The position numbers were made by a program, and so were the translations under genes. A DNA stretch of 64,000 nucleotides from Cyanophora paradoxa CCMP329 (Eukaryota > Plantae > Glaucophyta). Shown here piece after piece: positions 60,701 to 64,000 of the stretch. The stretch lies in assembly GCA_004431415.1 (NCBI GenBank), contig QPMI01000138.1, forward strand, positions 124,001-188,000, read 5' to 3'. The notes under the pieces were generated by a model. It was not told the origin of the DNA. It was given only the letters and a program-made list of their open reading frames with translations, and searched no databases. Numbering within the stretch: position 1 is the stretch's first letter; every line of letters begins with the position of its first letter.

Positions 60701-63180
60701 GAGGCTCGACGGCGTCGGGGGGTACGTGGTCGTGGCATGCCTGCGCGGCGCACGCCAGGATTGACGTCACCTCTGCGGCGCGCGCGCTCTTAGCCCCAGA
60801 CGAGCAAGGGGGGCGGGGCGGGGGTAGAACGGGAGGGGTACGGCGGGCGGACCGTTTTGGTGGGGCTGGAGGTAGCGCTGGACGTAGGGGTACAGGTTGA
60901 GGACGATGAGCTGGTGCGTGGCCACCATCCGCGACACCAGCTGCAGCATCATGAGCCGAACCTGCGGCCGGCGGGCCGGCCGGCGTCAGCCCCGTCCTCG
61001 ATCGGCGCAGAGAGCCGGGCGGGCCCCCGAGGGGTCCCAACCAGGGGCCACCGCACCTCGAACCGCTCGTTGCAGCCGCGCAGCTTTCCGAAGAGCTTCT
61101 CAGTGAAGCCTGCGGCGGGGCGGGGGGCTCAGGAGCCGGCTGGCGGGGCGGGCGGGGCGGGCGGGCGGACCCTGTGGGTCGTGGATGAGGTGGAGGGCGT
61201 GGAAGGTCGGCGCCGCCTTGGCCCGCTGGCCCTTCTTCACCTGCACGCGCCCCCGGCCCCGGGCGTCACGCCGGCGTCGTCGGCGCGCCGGGTCGGGCGG
61301 GCGAGCTCGCCGCGCCTGCTTCAGGGCGCGCTGGATCTTCTTCTGCTTCTTCTTCTTGTTGCGGCTCGCCACGTGCGTCGCGTGGAAGATGTCTCGCGCC
61401 GTGGGCGCCAGCTTTGCCTGCCGCCCGCCCCTGTGAGCGGCCAGGGCGCCCGCCCGCCGAGCGGCCGGCCCCCCGCGCACCGCGTCGTCGCTGTCGCTGC
61501 CGCTGCCGCTCCCGTCCGAGTCGTCGTCGCCCTTCTTCCGCTTGTTCGTGAGGAAGAACTGCGTGCGCCGGGAGGCTCGCTCAGCCGGCGGTCCGGCGCC
61601 GGCCGGCGGGCGGGGCGGGGCGGGAGAAGAGAGGGCCAAGCGCGCCTGCAGGGCGGCCACGAGGATCTTGGTCACGTTGGAAAAGCACGCCGTGCTGATC
61701 ACGTTCACCGTCTTCGCGTCGTCCCTGCGCGCGCAGGCCGGTCGGTCGCATGGATGCGAGCCGGGGCCGCGGAGGCGATGGGCTGGCTGGCTTAGAGTGA
61801 ATGTCGGTGTATGATAAGTCACACGCTGCCCCACCGAGCAGGGGCGCGTGCGTGCCATACGGCCGTTCCCTCTGCCCTCGTTGGAAATAAGAGGGGGGCG
61901 CCGCGCGGGCGACCCGCCCCTCCACAATTCGAGGGCGCAGCTAAGACCTAAGCCCGCTTAAGAGCCTATGAACGGAATGTCGGTGTATGATAAGTCACAC
62001 GCTGCCCCACCGAGCAGGGGCGCGTGCGTGCCATACGGCCGTTCCCTCTGCCCTCGTTGGAAATAAGAGGGGGGCGCCGCGGGGGCGACCCGCCCCTCCA
62101 CAATTCGAGGGCGCAGCTAAGACCTAAGCCCGCTTAAGAGCCTATGAACGGAATGTCGGTGTATGATAAGTCACACGCTGCCCCACCGAGCAGGGGCGCG
62201 TGCGTGCCATACGGCCGTTCCCTCTGCCCTCGTTGGAAATAAGAGGGGGGCGCCGCGGGGGCGACCCGCCCCTCCACAATTCGAGGGCGCAGCTAAGCCC
62301 CACCGCCCATGCCCCCACGCCCCGCCCGCGATCAAATCGCAGATCAAATCGCACCAGATCTTCTTGCGGTAGAGCTCAATCATGACGTCGAGGGACTTCT
62401 TGGCGGCCTGCTGGCACGGGTCCTGCAGCATCGTGTACATGAAGTTCTGCAGCGTCTTGTTCACTTTGTTCTCTGCGCGCGTGCGTGCGTCAGGCGCCGG
62501 CGGGCGGCGCGGCGCGGCGCGGCGCGGCGCGGAGCGGGGCCTAGGGGCGCGGGCGCCGCTGCGCGTGTGTGTGGCTGGCTCGCACCCTTGTGCTTCTGGT
62601 TCATCGTCTTTATGTCGTTGACGATGTGGAGGAAGAGCTGCTGCCGGAGGGCCTTGTCCTTGCAGCGGAAGAGCTTGAAGAAGAGGGAGAGGACGCTGCG
62701 GCGGCGGTCGCACGGCGCCGGCGGCGGCGGCGGCGCGGGCGGCGCGCGGGGCGCCCGCGCACTTGGCGACGGGGATGAGGTTGCGGTTGCGCATGAGGAT
62801 GAGTGCCTGGACGAGGGTGCGCCGCAGGTCCGGGTGCAGCACGGCGTAGTGCTCCTCAAGCAGCGCCATGATCTCGTTCGGGAAGCCCGCGAGCTCCTTC
62901 GGGTAGCATAGCGTGACCTGCGGCGCCCGGGCGGCGCGATCGGCGCGTACGTGAGCGCCCCGGCGCGAGCGGGAGCGCCGGCCGAGCGGGCGAGGGGGGC
63001 GAGCCGAACCTGAGACAGGAACGATACCAGCTCGCCGAAGCCTTTCGTCTCCTTGCTCGGCGCGAGCTTGAAGATCTGGAGCTGCGAGTCGAAGTGGCGG
63101 AGCTGGAGCTCGAACTCTTCCTTGTACGCCGGGGGGTCCCTCTTACACAGGTTCTGAAGCTGAAGCAGGTCCAGCGCCAT
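57786..63180 (-). CDS. SDA1: SDA1/SDAD1 60S ribosome biogenesis factor (multi-exon)
   Basis: [67 protein letters not shown]|[53 protein letters not shown]. Confidence 0.96.
59808..60648 (-). ncRNA. Intronic tandem array of 5 putative H/ACA snoRNA copies (176-bp period)
   Basis: Units start on + at 59808, 59984, 60160, 60336 and 60512. Minus strand reads hairpin GCCCUCG..CGAGGGC, hinge AGAGGGAA, hairpin CGGCCGUAUG..CAUACACCG, then ACA. The pocket UGGCAC/GACUU is complementary to 18S AAGUC-UG-GUGCCA. Confidence 0.8.
61802..62297 (-). ncRNA. Second intronic tandem array of 3 copies of the same putative H/ACA snoRNA
   Basis: Units start on + at 61802, 61978 and 62154. Near-identical to the 5-copy array and sense to SDA1. 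Confidence 0.8.
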
Positions 63181-63593
63181 GGCTGCTGCTGCCGCTCACG
63201 CGGGCCTTCGCCTCGCGGTCCGACAGTGGCCGCGATCAGACGGGATCGCGCTAATTGAACCGCTCCGCCGAATCGTTGAACAGGGCACGATCAGATTAGC
63301 AGCGCGAACGGGCTGGCAGGTCAGTGGCGGCGAGGGACGACGATGAGATTGTACCCCTCTCGAGCAGCGGATAAGCCTTTCTGCGCTCCGCTGGCTTGTG
63401 TACGTAGCTAATCAACATCCGTCACATTCCCTAGCGCTGCGCCGAGCGTCATCGACTCGTCACCGGTCGTAGCGAATAGCTAAGGGCCCGAGACGCGAGC
63501 ACCGAAGCCGTCGTTGACGCAAGATGCCGTAGAACGCCATCTGAAGCGAAACGACCGGAGCAGGCTCTTGATCAGAGCGTCAATGGCGATGCC

Positions 63594-64000
63594 TTAGCGC
63601 TTCACGTGTTCGCGAGTAGGCGCCCGCCGCCAGCTTCTGGAAGTGAAGCCGTCTTCTTTCATGGCTTCTATCGCTGCGGCGAACACCGCCTCTGAAGAGG
63701 AGGTGTCTTTGGTCCGCCGGCTGGTTCCAAGGTCGGCCCGCCCGCCCCGTGGCGCAGCGGCTGCCTTCTCAGTGATCCGGCCTGCAGAACGATAGTGGAT
63801 CATGTTCTGCGCTCCCGACGCCGGCCTGCGGCCCGCGCCGAGCCTGGCGCCCCGGCGGTGCCGCCGCCAGGCGGTGATGGTGCGGTGCCGGGGGAGGACG
63901 CGCCGGTCGTCGGCGTTCTCCTTCTCCTCGACATCTCCGGTGCGCGCCGGCGCCGGCCCGCACCGCACCGCACCGCCTCGTCCCACCCGCGCGCCTGGCG
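63594..64000 (-). CDS. 3' exons of an unidentified gene continuing beyond the window
   Basis: Open, GC3-rich segments with host-like introns. Stop at 63594. Confidence 0.45.
   Translation of the reverse strand, partial: PGARVGRGGAVRCGPAPARTGDVEEKENADDRRVLPRHRTITAWRRHRRGARLGAGRRPASGAQNMIHYRSAGRITEKAAAAPRGGRADLGTSRRTKDTSSSEAVFAAAIEAMKEDGFTSRSWRRAPTREHVKR

Noticed and set aside
59808-62297. CRISPR-like array
   Set aside because: Units are identical end to end with no unique spacers, there are no cas genes, and the context is a eukaryotic intron.
10691-64000. Numerous long Arg/Pro/Gly/Ala-rich ORFs on alternative frames and strands
   Set aside because: These are shadow ORFs of high-GC coding sequence and read-through of GC-rich introns.

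Overview
Eukaryotic nuclear DNA: GC-rich genes with many short introns, separated by AT-rich, palindrome-rich spacers. It is probably a glaucophyte such as Cyanophora (inferred from composition, intron style and an MSAF-type transit peptide on the RSH). Bases 1 to about 24250 hold one very large polycystin/REJ-like gene: Ig/REJ repeats, a GAIN/GPS motif (CTHL|TTF), a single TM helix, then about 39 tandem FN3-like domains predicted to be cytoplasmic. One of its introns carries a 5.35-kb DIRS-type tyrosine-recombinase retrotransposon with an atypical repeat layout. Further on are a GDPD-like gene, GCP2, a transit-peptide-less SBPase, LRR and bZIP genes, a plastid-targeted RSH with a degenerate synthetase, a beta-carbonic anhydrase, a GAF adenylyl cyclase, a cluster of small TEs (MITEs, tRNA-derived SINEs) and SDA1. 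Two SDA1 introns carry 5+3 near-identical 176-bp units, each folding as an H/ACA snoRNA whose 3' pocket matches the 18S rRNA site AAGUC-U-G-GUGCCA. Splice donors are unusual throughout: GC-AG is frequent, with GYGCGC and GTACCC donors. Coordinates for spliced genes are genomic spans read by eye.
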